Below are positions 28,786-39,021 of a stretch of DNA of 64,000 bases, piece by piece; the stretch's first letter is position 1, and every line of letters starts with the position of its first letter. Source of the stretch: Candidatus Chisholmbacteria bacterium RIFCSPHIGHO2_01_FULL_52_32 (lineage in GTDB: Bacteria; Patescibacteriota; Microgenomatia; UBA1400; Chisholmbacteraceae); the NCBI GenBank assembly GCA_001816585.1, contig MHCJ01000006.1, positions 64,040 through 128,039 of the forward strand. Direction: 5' to 3'. Under the pieces are notes generated by a model. The model saw only the letters and a list, made by a program, of their open reading frames with translations. It did no database searches and was not told the origin of the DNA. Made by a program: the position numbers and the translations under genes.

Positions 28786-29815
28786 GAGCGCTGAGGGTAT
28801 CCTGAAAAACTTGAGCTGACTCCGTAAGTCCGGAAAGAAGATCGCTTGCAAAAATCTCCTCCCTTCTGCCTTCCTTAAGAAGGTGTTGTACCGCTTCAAG
28901 GCGCTGCTTCCCATCGAGCGCAACCGTCCGGTACGGACGGACCTTCGTTTGGTCGAGCAACCATGCCAGGCTCCCGATCTTCCCTATGGTATATCCGTAA
29001 TCCCGCCGGGCCGGAGCCCCTGCATTCGTTAAGTAGATGTTTCGAAGCAGATGCTGTTCAATTTCCTCCCCAACATCTACCAGAATCATCCGGTCCGATG
29101 CCCGCGCAAACGTCAACGCCGCCTCAATTTGTGCGTACTTCGCCGTGATGTACCCGCCCACTTCTTCCTCTCGTTGTTTTGCCCGCCGTTCCACCGCAAA
29201 CAATCCCTGAAGAGTAACCAGTTCATTCGGTCTCCCCCAAGAATCCTCGCCCTTGCTCGCCTTAATCAACCAAAGGGCCATCAGAAGCTTTATCTCAAGA
29301 AGGACGCGCGCGGGATCCAAACCTGCCTCCGAAAGCTGCGTAACGGTTTCTTCTTGAAGTGCTTCCCGCTTCGCTCTGGGGATGCCGGAAATCTCGTGCT
29401 CGGAAAACAGGGAAAGCAGATACCGCGACCTCCCCAGGACAACCTCAACCTGTTCGCGCTCAGTTTCCCGCTGTTCCTCAAGGATATGGGTTACCATGCG
29501 GATGCCGGTCTCAACACTCCCCCCATTCTTCTGGACTTCATGGATCTGCATCACCCGGACATCCTTCGTTATGAGCCCTTGTCGGAAAAGCGCCTCATCC
29601 GAATAGCGGCTTTTAGAAAGCGCGGTATACTCATCCGGACTCACCGTTCCCCGTAAAACCGGCATCCATTTAGGAACAAGGATCGTCCCGTCCCGCTCAA
29701 TCATCGCGGGGCTTCCGTACAAAGATTCTGCGCGATCGAACCGGGCCTTAAGCTCAACCGCCTCGGAGCCCGTTCGATAGACGAAGAACTCGGCGCCTCT
29801 GATCATAGCCGCCAT
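28757..29815 (-). CDS. Hypothetical protein
   Basis: 352 aa ORF with no recognised motif. Confidence 0.7.
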   Translation of the reverse strand: MAAMIRGAEFFVYRTGSEAVELKARFDRAESLYGSPAMIERDGTILVPKWMPVLRGTVSPDEYTALSKSRYSDEALFRQGLITKDVRVMQIHEVQKNGGSVETGIRMVTHILEEQRETEREQVEVVLGRSRYLLSLFSEHEISGIPRAKREALQEETVTQLSEAGLDPARVLLEIKLLMALWLIKASKGEDSWGRPNELVTLQGLFAVERRAKQREEEVGGYITAKYAQIEAALTFARASDRMILVDVGEEIEQHLLRNIYLTNAGAPARRDYGYTIGKIGSLAWLLDQTKVRPYRTVALDGKQRLEAVQHLLKEGRREEIFASDLLSGLTESAQVFQDTLSAHADVYSEDS

Positions 29816-30140
29816 ATTGTAGCAAAACCAAAAAACGTGTGTGGAAAAACCTAAAGCACAGAAGCTTGTTTCTGATCAAACGACAGCGTGGCTTGGTTTA
29901 AGGTCACCGCTTGCCCTGTCACCAGGCACATCCTGGCCCACTCTCGCGAGATCGCCTGCATCCGCTCAACTGCGGCTTCAGAACCTTCTGGTCCCGCACT
30001 GTTCGGACTGACATGTTGTGCGCCTTGCTCAACCATACTTCCCCCCTCTCTCTGCAATTGACGGAAAAACCAGACTATACAGGAAAACATCCGGTCTGAC
30101 AAGTCCGAGAGGGATAATCCTTTGGAAAAAACAGACAACC

Positions 30141-30773
30141 TTAAAATCCCGAAGGCCAATTTCTGTCCTCAACATTAAGCGCAGCCGCAATCTCCGCATC
30201 CGTGGCGGTCGCCTGCGTCCGCCGGGCCTGTTTGTTCGCGAACCTCAGTTTCAATTTCGCAAGCATTTGAGGATCGCTCGTCAGCCCTTTCTTCGTCGGC
30301 GGCTTCCGGTGTGATCGCCTACTCGCGTCAGCATGATCAATCCGCCTAAGCTCGCGGGGGCGAAACTTCTTCTGCATGAGCCTGTTTAGCCGGTCAAGCC
30401 GCCCGTCCCAACTGGCATCCTTCGCCCCTTCCTCTTGTGCCCACCGCGCATACGCCTCAGCCCAGTTCAACGTCGGGTCCGTAAGACAATAATGGAAGAT
30501 GTCGGGGAAATTAGGATCCTTCATAGCCAACCCCCAGTCTTCAGGAGACAATTCAAGCACGCCCGCGAGCTCGCGTATCCCGTCCCGTAAATCCGAGATG
30601 GTCCCTTCGGCCTGCTTCAGGGCTTCAGCTTGAGCCTCCATTTGCGCCCGCTCCTCCACAAAGTAGTCATGCAGAAAACGGTCGGTGTATGCAGGGGTAC
30701 CAAATACGCTTTCGCCCTCGGGAATCCCTGCATCCGGATCTATAGCTCCGGACAATTCAACTTCACTCCTCAT
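30141..30773 (-). CDS. Hypothetical protein
   Basis: 210 aa ORF with GGGGGA RBS. Confidence 0.65.
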   Translation of the reverse strand: MRSEVELSGAIDPDAGIPEGESVFGTPAYTDRFLHDYFVEERAQMEAQAEALKQAEGTISDLRDGIRELAGVLELSPEDWGLAMKDPNFPDIFHYCLTDPTLNWAEAYARWAQEEGAKDASWDGRLDRLNRLMQKKFRPRELRRIDHADASRRSHRKPPTKKGLTSDPQMLAKLKLRFANKQARRTQATATDAEIAAALNVEDRNWPSGF

Positions 30774-30887
30774 ATCCCCCGATTATAAACTCATCTTCTT
30801 CTCATTTGCATTTCTATCCATAAAGAGTGTGCAATACCCCGCTTCGACAGCGAGGCGAGCCCGATTCTCCAGATGTGGAGTTTGGCT

Positions 30888-30961
30888 GCCTGCCCGCCGT
30901 AGCAACCGGCTGGCGAATCCTCCAGCTGACGGACTGCGCCAAGCAGTATTGCGAAGGAGGG
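30888..30961. repeat. REP-like imperfect palindrome (CCCGCCGTAGC...GCGAAGGAGG) with expanded loop
   Basis: The same arms recur at 34502..34537. Confidence 0.65.
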
Positions 30962-31036
30962 GATAAGCCCACGAACGAAACAATCTGGAGCAAAAAGGGA
31001 AACGATAACGCAGTGACAGCCAAACGGACAAACAAA

Positions 31037-31285
31037 TTACAAAGACGAGTAATCGGGCATCACGCCCTGCTGTTTGCAACTCGAACAATGAGGGCGGAGG
31101 ATCCCGTGCTCGAGGTCAATACCGATGATTTCCCCCTTTGTCCCCGGACAGCCGCTATGCTGCTGAATATCCACCTCATCACCGATGCGAAACTCCCTCC
31201 CTCGGATCACAAGCACCACCTCTTCTCCCGGAAGAGAACCCTCTCCAGCCCCACCCTTTTCAAGTTTCGCCATAAGAAAGCCCAA
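31037..31285 (-). CDS. Small hypothetical protein
   Basis: 82 aa ORF with FRIGDEVDI and CSSC; fills an intergenic gap. Confidence 0.5.
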   Translation of the reverse strand: MGFLMAKLEKGGAGEGSLPGEEVVLVIRGREFRIGDEVDIQQHSGCPGTKGEIIGIDLEHGILRPHCSSCKQQGVMPDYSSL

Positions 31286-31416
31286 ATAGAAGAGAGTCGT
31301 AAAACAGAAAAAACGGTAGTCATTATCCTATCACGGATACCAAATCTTCAACAATCAACTACCAGCGAATAAGGAAAATCTGATATACTGCTTTTTTCGT
31401 TTGGAGGAAAAATACC

Positions 31417-32193
31417 ATGGCAACCACCCGTTTTATCCATCTTATTGCCGACTACGGTCTGGGCGATCCCTCCTTCGGCGAGGTTGCCCAACGCCTCACC
31501 AGCCTCCACCCCAACCTCACGGTCCATCCGACCTCGGTTCCCGCCTTCAACACCCTTGCTACGGGATTTTGGATCTACCAGTACGGCTTGGGCGAACACC
31601 CGAAAGGCATGCTGATTTTCGCCAATACCGCTCCCCGCAAAGACAGCAAGAAACCAAAGTTGGACAACGAAGGTGAAGGCCTCATATATGGCCTCCTCGA
31701 CAATGGCGTCGAAGTCATGGCCGTCAACGCCGGCTATTGCTTCTCCTTCGTCAAGCCCCACTTGAAAAATTTCAGGGTCGTCAACGTCGAAAACCGCGGC
31801 TCCCAATTCCGTTCGCGGGACTTCTATCCGCAGGCGATCGCCAAGCATCTACAAGGAAAGAACGTTCTCGGTCACGAACTTAGCCCATCCATCATCCCCG
31901 AAGTCCCTAAAAACCAGATCGCTTGGATCGACGGCTACGGGAACATCAAAACCACCATTCGCCAAAGTCAATTCAACCTCAAGCCCGGAACCAAGGCAAA
32001 AATCTCAATAAACGGCACAACCAGAACTGCCCTTGTCGTAGGCGGCGTCTTCTCGGTTGCCGAAGGCGAGCTTTCCTTCTCGCCCGGCTCTTCGGGATAC
32101 GAAGACCGATTCATGGAATTGATCCTGCGCGGCGGAAGTGCCGAGCACCTCTTCGAATTCCCCAAAATCGGAACGGGAATCATCCTGAAGTGA
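31417..32193 (+). CDS. SAM hydroxide adenosyltransferase/chlorinase family (DUF62)
   Basis: IADYGLGD, SQFRSRD and WIDGYGNIKT motifs. Confidence 0.87.
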   Translation: MATTRFIHLIADYGLGDPSFGEVAQRLTSLHPNLTVHPTSVPAFNTLATGFWIYQYGLGEHPKGMLIFANTAPRKDSKKPKLDNEGEGLIYGLLDNGVEVMAVNAGYCFSFVKPHLKNFRVVNVENRGSQFRSRDFYPQAIAKHLQGKNVLGHELSPSIIPEVPKNQIAWIDGYGNIKTTIRQSQFNLKPGTKAKISINGTTRTALVVGGVFSVAEGELSFSPGSSGYEDRFMELILRGGSAEHLFEFPKIGTGIILK

Positions 32194-32210
32194 AACTCCA
32201 AGAAGAATCG

Positions 32211-32507
32211 TTATCGTGATGAAGACTTAGTTCGAAGTTCCTTCTCAACCTGCTCTGCCAGAAAGATCTTCATGAGCGACTGATACGGAACATCTTTTGC
32301 GTTCGCCAGTTGTTTGATCCTTGCCAATAGAGGCTCAGGAAGCCGAAGAGATATTGCCTTGGTGGATGGTTTAAGATTCGGAAAAACAACAGGCTCTGCT
32401 TTACTCCAATCGATATAATCAGTGGAGTCGTGAGTCGCCCAAAATTCACGCTCTTCGTCTTCGTTTTTAAAACTTGGAATTGGTTTGAGCTTTTTACTTC
32501 TTGCCAT
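32211..32507 (-). CDS. BrnA/CopG-like antitoxin
   Basis: EEREFWATHD, ISLRLP and PYQSLMK motifs; overlaps the toxin gene. Confidence 0.87.
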   Translation of the reverse strand: MARSKKLKPIPSFKNEDEEREFWATHDSTDYIDWSKAEPVVFPNLKPSTKAISLRLPEPLLARIKQLANAKDVPYQSLMKIFLAEQVEKELRTKSSSR

Positions 32508-32790
32508 ATTGTCCTCTTTCTTTTCTACTCGCCGGCCTTGCTGAAATAATTCTCACCCTGTAACCCCTTACTGTAAAAGATAAAAATATGGCCCTATTTT
32601 CATCTGTCTTTCCTAAAGCATGGTATCTAACTTCAGTTGTCGTTGAATGCTTTCTATCAAGAGAAACACATAAGGGCTGATTATTAAAAATCTCTTCTGA
32701 TTCCTTGTCACTTATCCCATGCTTTTGAAAGTTCTTGCGGATATTGCCCTTATTCCATTCGAATTCCAATGGTTCAGGCAATATTTTCAT
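32494..32790 (-). CDS. BrnT family toxin
   Basis: FEWNKGN..KNFQKHGI and RIISAR motifs. Confidence 0.9.
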   Translation of the reverse strand: MKILPEPLEFEWNKGNIRKNFQKHGISDKESEEIFNNQPLCVSLDRKHSTTTEVRYHALGKTDENRAIFLSFTVRGYRVRIISARPASRKERGQYGKK

Positions 32791-32844
32791 TCTACTAATG
32801 AGTATATATCAGAGATATACATTAGTCAACAAGGAAAGGAGCTG

Positions 32845-33480
32845 TTAACTCCTGTTGAGTTCTGCTATAGCCTCAGGAATTTCTAAAAAAGATTCAACAT
32901 TTAAATCCGCCCCTTGAAGTGGTCGCGCCGAATACACAATAATTTTTGTGTTTGCCGCTTTCGCTGCTTGGATGTCAGTTTCGGAATCGCCGATATAGAC
33001 CGCTTCTCCGGCCTTCACCTTTAATTTTTTGAGCGCGAGAAGCAAAGGCTCCGGATGCGGTTTCGGATGGGTGTAGTCTTCATAAGAAACGACGACCGTA
33101 AAATACTGCTTCAGTCCGGAAATCGTAAAGTAGTCCTCTACACCCAACCGTACCCTGCTCGTCACTATTGCCAATCGGTATGTTTTATCTAGTGTATCAA
33201 CGACGTCCCTTGAGTGTTCGGGGATTTTAAGCAGTTCCGTTGGGTATCGTACTTTCCGTCCTCTCCCCATTTCCCAAACTTCTCTCACTCTCACGTCAGA
33301 AGTTTCCTGCGTCAGTTGCCGTATCGCATCCATCATCGGCAGATGGAAAACACCCTCAATTTCTTTTCTTGATGGAACGTTGTACCCGCTCTCTTCAAGC
33401 AGGAGCTGGTAAAACTTGATATTTGCTTCCCAGGAATCAAGCAGCACCCCGTCGACATCAAAGATAACTACCTTGATCAT
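32845..33480 (-). CDS. HAD family phosphatase
   Basis: FDVDGVLLDS, KPHPEP and YIGDSETD motifs. Confidence 0.92.
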   Translation of the reverse strand: MIKVVIFDVDGVLLDSWEANIKFYQLLLEESGYNVPSRKEIEGVFHLPMMDAIRQLTQETSDVRVREVWEMGRGRKVRYPTELLKIPEHSRDVVDTLDKTYRLAIVTSRVRLGVEDYFTISGLKQYFTVVVSYEDYTHPKPHPEPLLLALKKLKVKAGEAVYIGDSETDIQAAKAANTKIIVYSARPLQGADLNVESFLEIPEAIAELNRS

Positions 33481-33527
33481 GGTGTTTATTGTACCCGATG
33501 CGTCATCCTGAGAAGAGCATCAGATCA

Positions 33528-34469
33528 TTATCTCTTCCGACCGCTCGCTTCAATATAATGACGAACCGCCTGTAAATTTGAATACCAATTCCGCCCTTTC
33601 TTTACCGCCTCGATTCTCCCTCTTCTGGCCAACAAACTCAGGTATTCCTGAGAGTAAGGTGCTTTGAGGGCAAGTTCGGAAAGCAACTGCCACATCTCCA
33701 CCATCTTTTTCTTCTTTTCTGGAATAACCGCTTCCAAATACCATGTCAGCGACCGCTCAACACTTCTACCGATAAAATCCACAAATAGCTTAAGCTCTCC
33801 TCGATGGGCTAAATCAAGTGCCCGATAATATTTTTGCCTATCAGTCTTAAGAATGACGGTCGGTGGATAACCCCTATTCATCAAAATCAAATTCATCAGC
33901 AGCCTCGCCGTGCGGCCATTTCCATCGATAAACGGGTGAATATCTACCAGCTTAAAATGGGCCAGCGCCGAATAATCAATCAGATGTTGCTGGTTTTCAC
34001 TTTTTGCTAACCATTTCTCAAGCTGTCTCATTGCTATTGGCAGCCTTGCCGGAGAAGGAGGCACAAACCCGGAACCGGTTATTTTTACCTCCACCTCTCG
34101 ATATCTACCGGCATGATCATTGTCTATTTCTTTCAAAATCAATTGATGAATCTGCCTGATAAGCAGTTGGTCAATCCGGAATCCACCTTTCTCTACCAAT
34201 TTCTCCAAAAACAAAATTGCGCCCTTATGATTGATCGCCTCGAAATGTTCCTTCAGAGGCTTTCCTTTAATCGTCAACCCATGCTCGATTATAAGCTCCG
34301 TCTCCCGTAAAGAAAGGCTTGTCCCCTCAATTGCATTAGAGTTATACGTCCACTCAATAATTACCTGCTCCCGTAACCGATTCACCAACGACGTGGGCAA
34401 GGGCCTAAGGCTATCAAGACGTTTCTTCTTCTCTACAATTCTCTGGAAAATAGACTGATCAAGAATCAT
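33528..34469 (-). CDS. Fic family protein with N-terminal inhibitory motif and C-terminal HTH
   Basis: HPFIDGNGRTAR, SNAIEG and C-terminal YSQEYLSLLARRG; start reassigned to MILDQ. Confidence 0.92.
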   Translation of the reverse strand: MILDQSIFQRIVEKKKRLDSLRPLPTSLVNRLREQVIIEWTYNSNAIEGTSLSLRETELIIEHGLTIKGKPLKEHFEAINHKGAILFLEKLVEKGGFRIDQLLIRQIHQLILKEIDNDHAGRYREVEVKITGSGFVPPSPARLPIAMRQLEKWLAKSENQQHLIDYSALAHFKLVDIHPFIDGNGRTARLLMNLILMNRGYPPTVILKTDRQKYYRALDLAHRGELKLFVDFIGRSVERSLTWYLEAVIPEKKKKMVEMWQLLSELALKAPYSQEYLSLLARRGRIEAVKKGRNWYSNLQAVRHYIEASGRKR

Positions 34470-34501
34470 ATTGAAACTCTCATATGTATAAAGTTTGAAA
34501 T

Positions 34502-34537
34502 CCCGCCGTAGCTCTGCTGCCTGCAAAGCGAAGGAGG
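34502..34537. repeat. REP-like imperfect palindrome, second copy
   Basis: CCCGCCGTAGC-N15-GCGAAGGAGG. Confidence 0.65.
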
Positions 34538-34643
34538 ATCGTATCGGATAGATACATTTTATCATTTATCCGATACTTGTCAAGCCCTGACAAACAATGA
34601 GGATACTCCAAACGGAAGCGTTGCTCACTCACCTTCTTGGAAG

Positions 34644-35018
34644 CTATGTACTCATCGGGGTCATCAGCTGAAAGTAGTTTCCGTCCGGATCGGCAAACGT
34701 CGCGATCCACATCCCCTTCTCCTGTTCCGGCCGGTACGGCTCTGCAACCACCTCAACACCCAAAGCCTTGATCCTCGCAAACTCATCTTTCACATCCTTC
34801 GTCTCAAAGTTGATAAGTATCCTCCCCGGCTCTTTATTCTTCCCGTGGACTTTGTCATGCGGACCGACGCACAAATTTCCGCTCCCCACTTGCCAGGCTG
34901 CCCATTCCCCCTCTTCCCATTCGGGGGTTGCCCCGAATATTTTTGTATAAAACTCGATCAGCTGCTTTGGCTTCTCGGATCCGATGAGGATGGAATTCAA
35001 ATCCAACTTGTTTTTCAT
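34644..35018 (-). CDS. VOC/glyoxalase family protein
   Basis: FYTKIFG and FADPDGNYFQL motifs. Confidence 0.88.
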   Translation of the reverse strand: MKNKLDLNSILIGSEKPKQLIEFYTKIFGATPEWEEGEWAAWQVGSGNLCVGPHDKVHGKNKEPGRILINFETKDVKDEFARIKALGVEVVAEPYRPEQEKGMWIATFADPDGNYFQLMTPMST

Positions 35019-35146
35019 AGCTCCCAGACTTCCTTCTATAAATGTTTAAAAAGTTATCCTAGTGTACGTTTAGTTTCCGGGAAAATCAACGCCTGCATGC
35101 CACGCGCTAGGAGAGTTTCTAAAAAAATCTTTTTTTACTTACCGCT

Positions 35147-35782
35147 TCAATATCCCCAATCCTTCATCCATTGGCGCATTTGGTCGATCTCACGAGTTTG
35201 AGCGGTGATAATGTCCACGGCTAGCTTCTTCATCTCTGACCGCTGTGTTCCAATCTGAAGCATATTGGCCATCATCACAGCCATTTGATGATGTGGAATC
35301 ATGGCTTCCACAAATGCCCTATCAAAGTCCTCCGCCTGTCCAAGTCTTGTGATGTCGGTTTCGTCGCCCATCATTCCCATATGCATATTGCTGCTTCCCA
35401 TACCATGCATTCCCATGACATCATCGTCGATTGGTACGTCAGTTCCGAACCAATCTTTATACCAGTCTTTCATTTGATTTATTTCTTTGCCTTGGGAATC
35501 AATAATATTGAGTGCCAACTGTTTTACCTCAGCGCGCTTTGCATTGGTCTGTACAAGCCTCGCCATGGTAATCGCATCTTCATGATGAGGAATCATTTGT
35601 TCGATAAAATGAGCATCCATGGTATTGGAATTAGGTATCATGCCCTGATTTCCTCCACGCATACCCATCATTTGTGTAATACCGGTCATGTTGTTATTAA
35701 CGGCAGTAGCTGCCAAAAGCCAAACAACGACACCTCCGATGAAAACTCCGGCTATTCCATAGAAGAGTGGGTCCCTTTTCAT
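35147..35782 (-). CDS. DUF305 domain protein
   Basis: Two MIPHH repeats; Met/His-rich linker; GGAGGTG RBS before MKRDP. Confidence 0.9.
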   Translation of the reverse strand: MKRDPLFYGIAGVFIGGVVVWLLAATAVNNNMTGITQMMGMRGGNQGMIPNSNTMDAHFIEQMIPHHEDAITMARLVQTNAKRAEVKQLALNIIDSQGKEINQMKDWYKDWFGTDVPIDDDVMGMHGMGSSNMHMGMMGDETDITRLGQAEDFDRAFVEAMIPHHQMAVMMANMLQIGTQRSEMKKLAVDIITAQTREIDQMRQWMKDWGY

Positions 35783-36007
35783 AGAATTCACCTCCCCCAA
35801 TGAGATAGCTATTTGGAACAGCTCATGGGATCCCGTGAGATCTGAAAGTATCTCACCGGGACTTTCCAAGTTTAATCATATGATACATGAATTGAAAGAT
35901 AGTTTTCTTCCTACCCCAGATTGAATCAAAGCATGAAAAGCCAGTTGATCGAAAAAGGTTCGATGCTATACTTAGGCTTAATAAAAATTGAAATAAGGAG
36001 GATGCGA

Positions 36008-36286
36008 ATGCCCAGGTTCTTAATTGAAGTACCACACGAAAATTCTAAAGCTTCCTGTGATCTCGCGGTGAATGTGTTCAAATCTACAGGCTCACACTTC
36101 TTAACCAACGCAGACTTCGGCTGTCCGGACGGTATTCATAAGGCATGGGTAACGCTCAGCGCAAAGAGCAAGAGGGAGGCATTGTACGTCGTTCCCCCGC
36201 CTTTCAGGAATAAAGCTCGGGCAATAAAGGTAAGGAAATTTGCACTGGAGATATTCGAAAAAACCATCAGGCCTCAACACAAGTAG
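36008..36286 (+). CDS. Hypothetical protein
   Basis: AGGAGG RBS before MPRFLIEVPH; contains GCPDGIHKAW. Confidence 0.7.
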   Translation: MPRFLIEVPHENSKASCDLAVNVFKSTGSHFLTNADFGCPDGIHKAWVTLSAKSKREALYVVPPPFRNKARAIKVRKFALEIFEKTIRPQHK

Positions 36287-36377
36287 ATAAGTAGTGCTTC
36301 TCAGTACCCCATACTCGAGCTGGTACCTCAACATCTACTGGGGATCGTATTCCGAAGAGTGTCGTCATCGCGGAAAC

Positions 36378-36410
36378 AAAAAAAAGAGAGCCGTTTCGGC
36401 TCTTTTTCTT
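36378..36410. terminator. Bidirectional intrinsic terminator
   Basis: A-tract, AGAGCCG/CGGCTCT stem, T-tract between convergent genes. Confidence 0.75.
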
Positions 36411-36485
36411 GTCTGCTCCCTCTGTGCCTGCCCGCCTTTGGATGGAGATACTATACCAAATGGTTACGGAGTAAGGAGTAAGCGG

Positions 36486-37118
36486 TTACTCTGCCGGAAT
36501 CATAAGGTGCTCGTACGGAGTACCTGCCCACATGATCCAGGCGCCGCCTTTTTTAGGGTCAGTTCCATAGAGAGTAGGGTCGAGTCTGCCAACCGGAAAA
36601 ACCATGACATGGGATGGGGTAGTAATCCAGTCTTCTCCTTCTGTTGGGGTAGTCGCAAAAGGATCGGTGTTTGATGCATCAGAACCACCCTCAAGCATAT
36701 AAGCCAGACCAATTTGAGTTAGGCTGGGAGTTTTTTGCGCCACATATGCTTGCAACCATTCCATACCTGATTTATCTAAACACATTGGGTCTTTACCCGG
36801 TGAGGCCGGATAATCCGGCAGACAGGTCCAACCATTGGTACCCTGTTGAAGCTCAATTAAACTGCCCCCTTCTGCTTCAGGAAAATCCATTACAGTGGCA
36901 TCTTCCCTCAGAGACTCAGGTGCGGCAGATAAAGCATCTTGGATCTTTGCTTCTTCGGAACCCGGTTGGGAGGAAGTGGATGGGCTTTGGGTCTCTGACA
37001 ATGCTTGCTGATTTGGGGAATTGGGAGTTTCGGTAGATGTTACCGCACCATGAATAAAATACCCAGCAATGCCGCCCGCGATTAATGCCACAATAACAGC
37101 CGGGGTTAGTTTATCCAT
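36486..37118 (-). CDS. Hypothetical exported protein
   Basis: N-terminal TM helix; GTNGWTCLP, YMLEGG and GTPYEHLMIP segments. Confidence 0.8.
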   Translation of the reverse strand: MDKLTPAVIVALIAGGIAGYFIHGAVTSTETPNSPNQQALSETQSPSTSSQPGSEEAKIQDALSAAPESLREDATVMDFPEAEGGSLIELQQGTNGWTCLPDYPASPGKDPMCLDKSGMEWLQAYVAQKTPSLTQIGLAYMLEGGSDASNTDPFATTPTEGEDWITTPSHVMVFPVGRLDPTLYGTDPKKGGAWIMWAGTPYEHLMIPAE

Positions 37119-37268
37119 AATTGTTGGCTGAGTGTAACACGTACACTCTCTTTGTCAATAGTTCTTCGGACACTATCCGCATAATCGTTGATAATCCGCC
37201 CCGGAGGTGGTTTTCTCCGGCCTCCCTCGCTCTGTCGGAGATAAGAGAAAATTTGATAGTATTAAAGA

Positions 37269-38504
37269 GTGAACGTACCCCTGCTGATCATTACCCTTAT
37301 CGCGTGTTGTATTGCAGTCGTACTGTATAGGATATTCATCCGGCAGCGCTCGCAACTCGACCAATACAGGAAGCGGTTAAATGACCTGGAAATGACACTC
37401 GGTAAAACCCAAGCAGATCTTGCGAGGATCCCCAAAGAAGCCCAAGGCCAGAATGAATTTCAGCTCCTTGCGGGTCGAATAGTATCGCATTTGGATCACG
37501 GAGTAATTTGTATTGATCAGAATGGCGTCGTACAGCTTGTCAACACATACGCAGAAAAATTCCTAGACAGTCCTCCTGCCGTAGGAAAGCCGTATTCTGA
37601 GGTCTTGCACAGGTTAAAAATCGGCGGGAGGAATGATTTTTCACAATTTGAGCAGGCACGAAAGGGAAAAAGCCAAACCCTGCCGGAGACTGTCGAGTTC
37701 ACCACCAAACACGGGAACATACCGATCAGCGCCACGCTCACTCCGCTTTTGTCCGATGGAACGAATGCAATAACCGCATTTATTTTTGCCGACAACAGTC
37801 GAAACGTCGCCCGTATCTTGGAAGAAAAAGCGTTTTTTTCTGCAGCAGCGCATGAGCTGCGTACTCCCCTATCCGTCATACGCATGGCGGTCTATTTGCT
37901 TTTGACAAAGTTCGATGCGCTGGGCCGGGAAGAAAGAATAGATCACCTCAAAAAAATTGAAAAAACATCCGAACAGTTGGCAAATCTCGTCAATGATTTC
38001 CTAAACGTATCACGGATTGACCAGGGAAGACTGGAAGTCGATAAAACTCCATTTGACATCGTAACGCTCACCGATGAGGTAATAAAAGAGCTTTCCGATC
38101 TGGCCAAAAAACGCAAGCTCTATATCCATCATGACATTGGCGGAGAACATCGCAGAGTCATAGGGGATAAGATGAAATCAAAAGAAGTGTTAACAAACCT
38201 GGTGAGCAATGGCATTAAATATACACTTCAGGGCGGATTGACGATCACCCACCAAGAAGAAAAAGGAACGCTCATGACCAAAGTGACCGACACCGGCAGC
38301 GGCATTACGCCGGCATCTCAACGCTTGCTTTTTAGGCGGTTCATGCAGGTCGGCGGAGGACGTCTTCAGTCCAAAGCGGAAAGTACCGGTTTGGGTTTGT
38401 ATATATCAAAGAAGTTTGCCCAACTCATGGGGGGAGATGTCGTCCTGGAAGTGAGCAAGCCAAACAAAGGCTCAACGTTTGCCTTCAGTTTACCAATGGG
38501 GTAA
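37269..38504 (+). CDS. PAS-domain sensor histidine kinase (no response regulator in window)
   Basis: AHELRTPL H-box; NLVSNGIKY, DTGSGI and STGLGL motifs. Confidence 0.93.
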   Translation: MNVPLLIITLIACCIAVVLYRIFIRQRSQLDQYRKRLNDLEMTLGKTQADLARIPKEAQGQNEFQLLAGRIVSHLDHGVICIDQNGVVQLVNTYAEKFLDSPPAVGKPYSEVLHRLKIGGRNDFSQFEQARKGKSQTLPETVEFTTKHGNIPISATLTPLLSDGTNAITAFIFADNSRNVARILEEKAFFSAAAHELRTPLSVIRMAVYLLLTKFDALGREERIDHLKKIEKTSEQLANLVNDFLNVSRIDQGRLEVDKTPFDIVTLTDEVIKELSDLAKKRKLYIHHDIGGEHRRVIGDKMKSKEVLTNLVSNGIKYTLQGGLTITHQEEKGTLMTKVTDTGSGITPASQRLLFRRFMQVGGGRLQSKAESTGLGLYISKKFAQLMGGDVVLEVSKPNKGSTFAFSLPMG

Positions 38505-38523
38505 AAAGATAAGGGCTTAGAGG

Positions 38524-38841
38524 CTAGAGTATATCCCTGTCGACTCTTGTAGCTTTCTTGAACCAATCAGGCCAGCCCAACTCATCGCCCCACCTCTTTA
38601 GAGTAACAGTATCCTCGATCTTTAATTCTGGATGCTTTTCCAGAAATTCATAGCAATCTCTTAGTAGTTCTTCGCCTTGTTCGTTCAACCTACTTTCTCT
38701 ATTGTATTCTTCTAAATTTCCAATGAGTCCGACAAATGAGTCCCAAAGTGCGGGCCACGAATTAATGAGAAAATCAGGTGTTACGGGTCTTGTCCTCCCA
38801 TCACCGAACAATACTGGAAATTTTTGTTCTCTTTCCGTCAT
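38524..38841 (-). CDS. Hypothetical protein downstream of a SAM riboswitch
   Basis: 105 aa ORF with strong GGAGGTGA RBS. Confidence 0.75.
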   Translation of the reverse strand: MTEREQKFPVLFGDGRTRPVTPDFLINSWPALWDSFVGLIGNLEEYNRESRLNEQGEELLRDCYEFLEKHPELKIEDTVTLKRWGDELGWPDWFKKATRVDRDIL

Positions 38842-38864
38842 TTTTACTCACCTCCCCTTTAACT

Positions 38865-38889
38865 AAAAACCTCTCTGTAAAGAGAGGTG
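38865..38889 (-). terminator. Riboswitch expression-platform terminator
   Basis: Minus strand ACCTCTCT-TTAC-AGAGAGGT-TTTT between the aptamer and the RBS. Confidence 0.75.
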
Positions 38890-38916
38890 AATAGAACCTT
38901 TTCCGACAGAGATCGG

Positions 38917-39021
38917 ACTAATCCTTCCCTTTACAGGGTTGGGTTTAGCACCGTAGCTCTTATGAGATCGGTTGCCGGATGGATCATCGAGCCAACTCTC
39001 TCCCCATCGCTCTTGATTGGC
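38917..39021 (-). ncRNA. SAM-I superfamily riboswitch
   Basis: Minus strand ATCAAGAG...GAGAGAGTTGGCTCGATGA...CGGCAACC...GGTGCTAAA...GAT matches the S-box consensus order. Confidence 0.85.

Noticed and set aside
29851-30159. 102 aa minus-strand ORF (and 30783..31088)
   Set aside because: No motif or clear start; the second runs through REP-like repeats. A shorter ORF may be real but cannot be supported.
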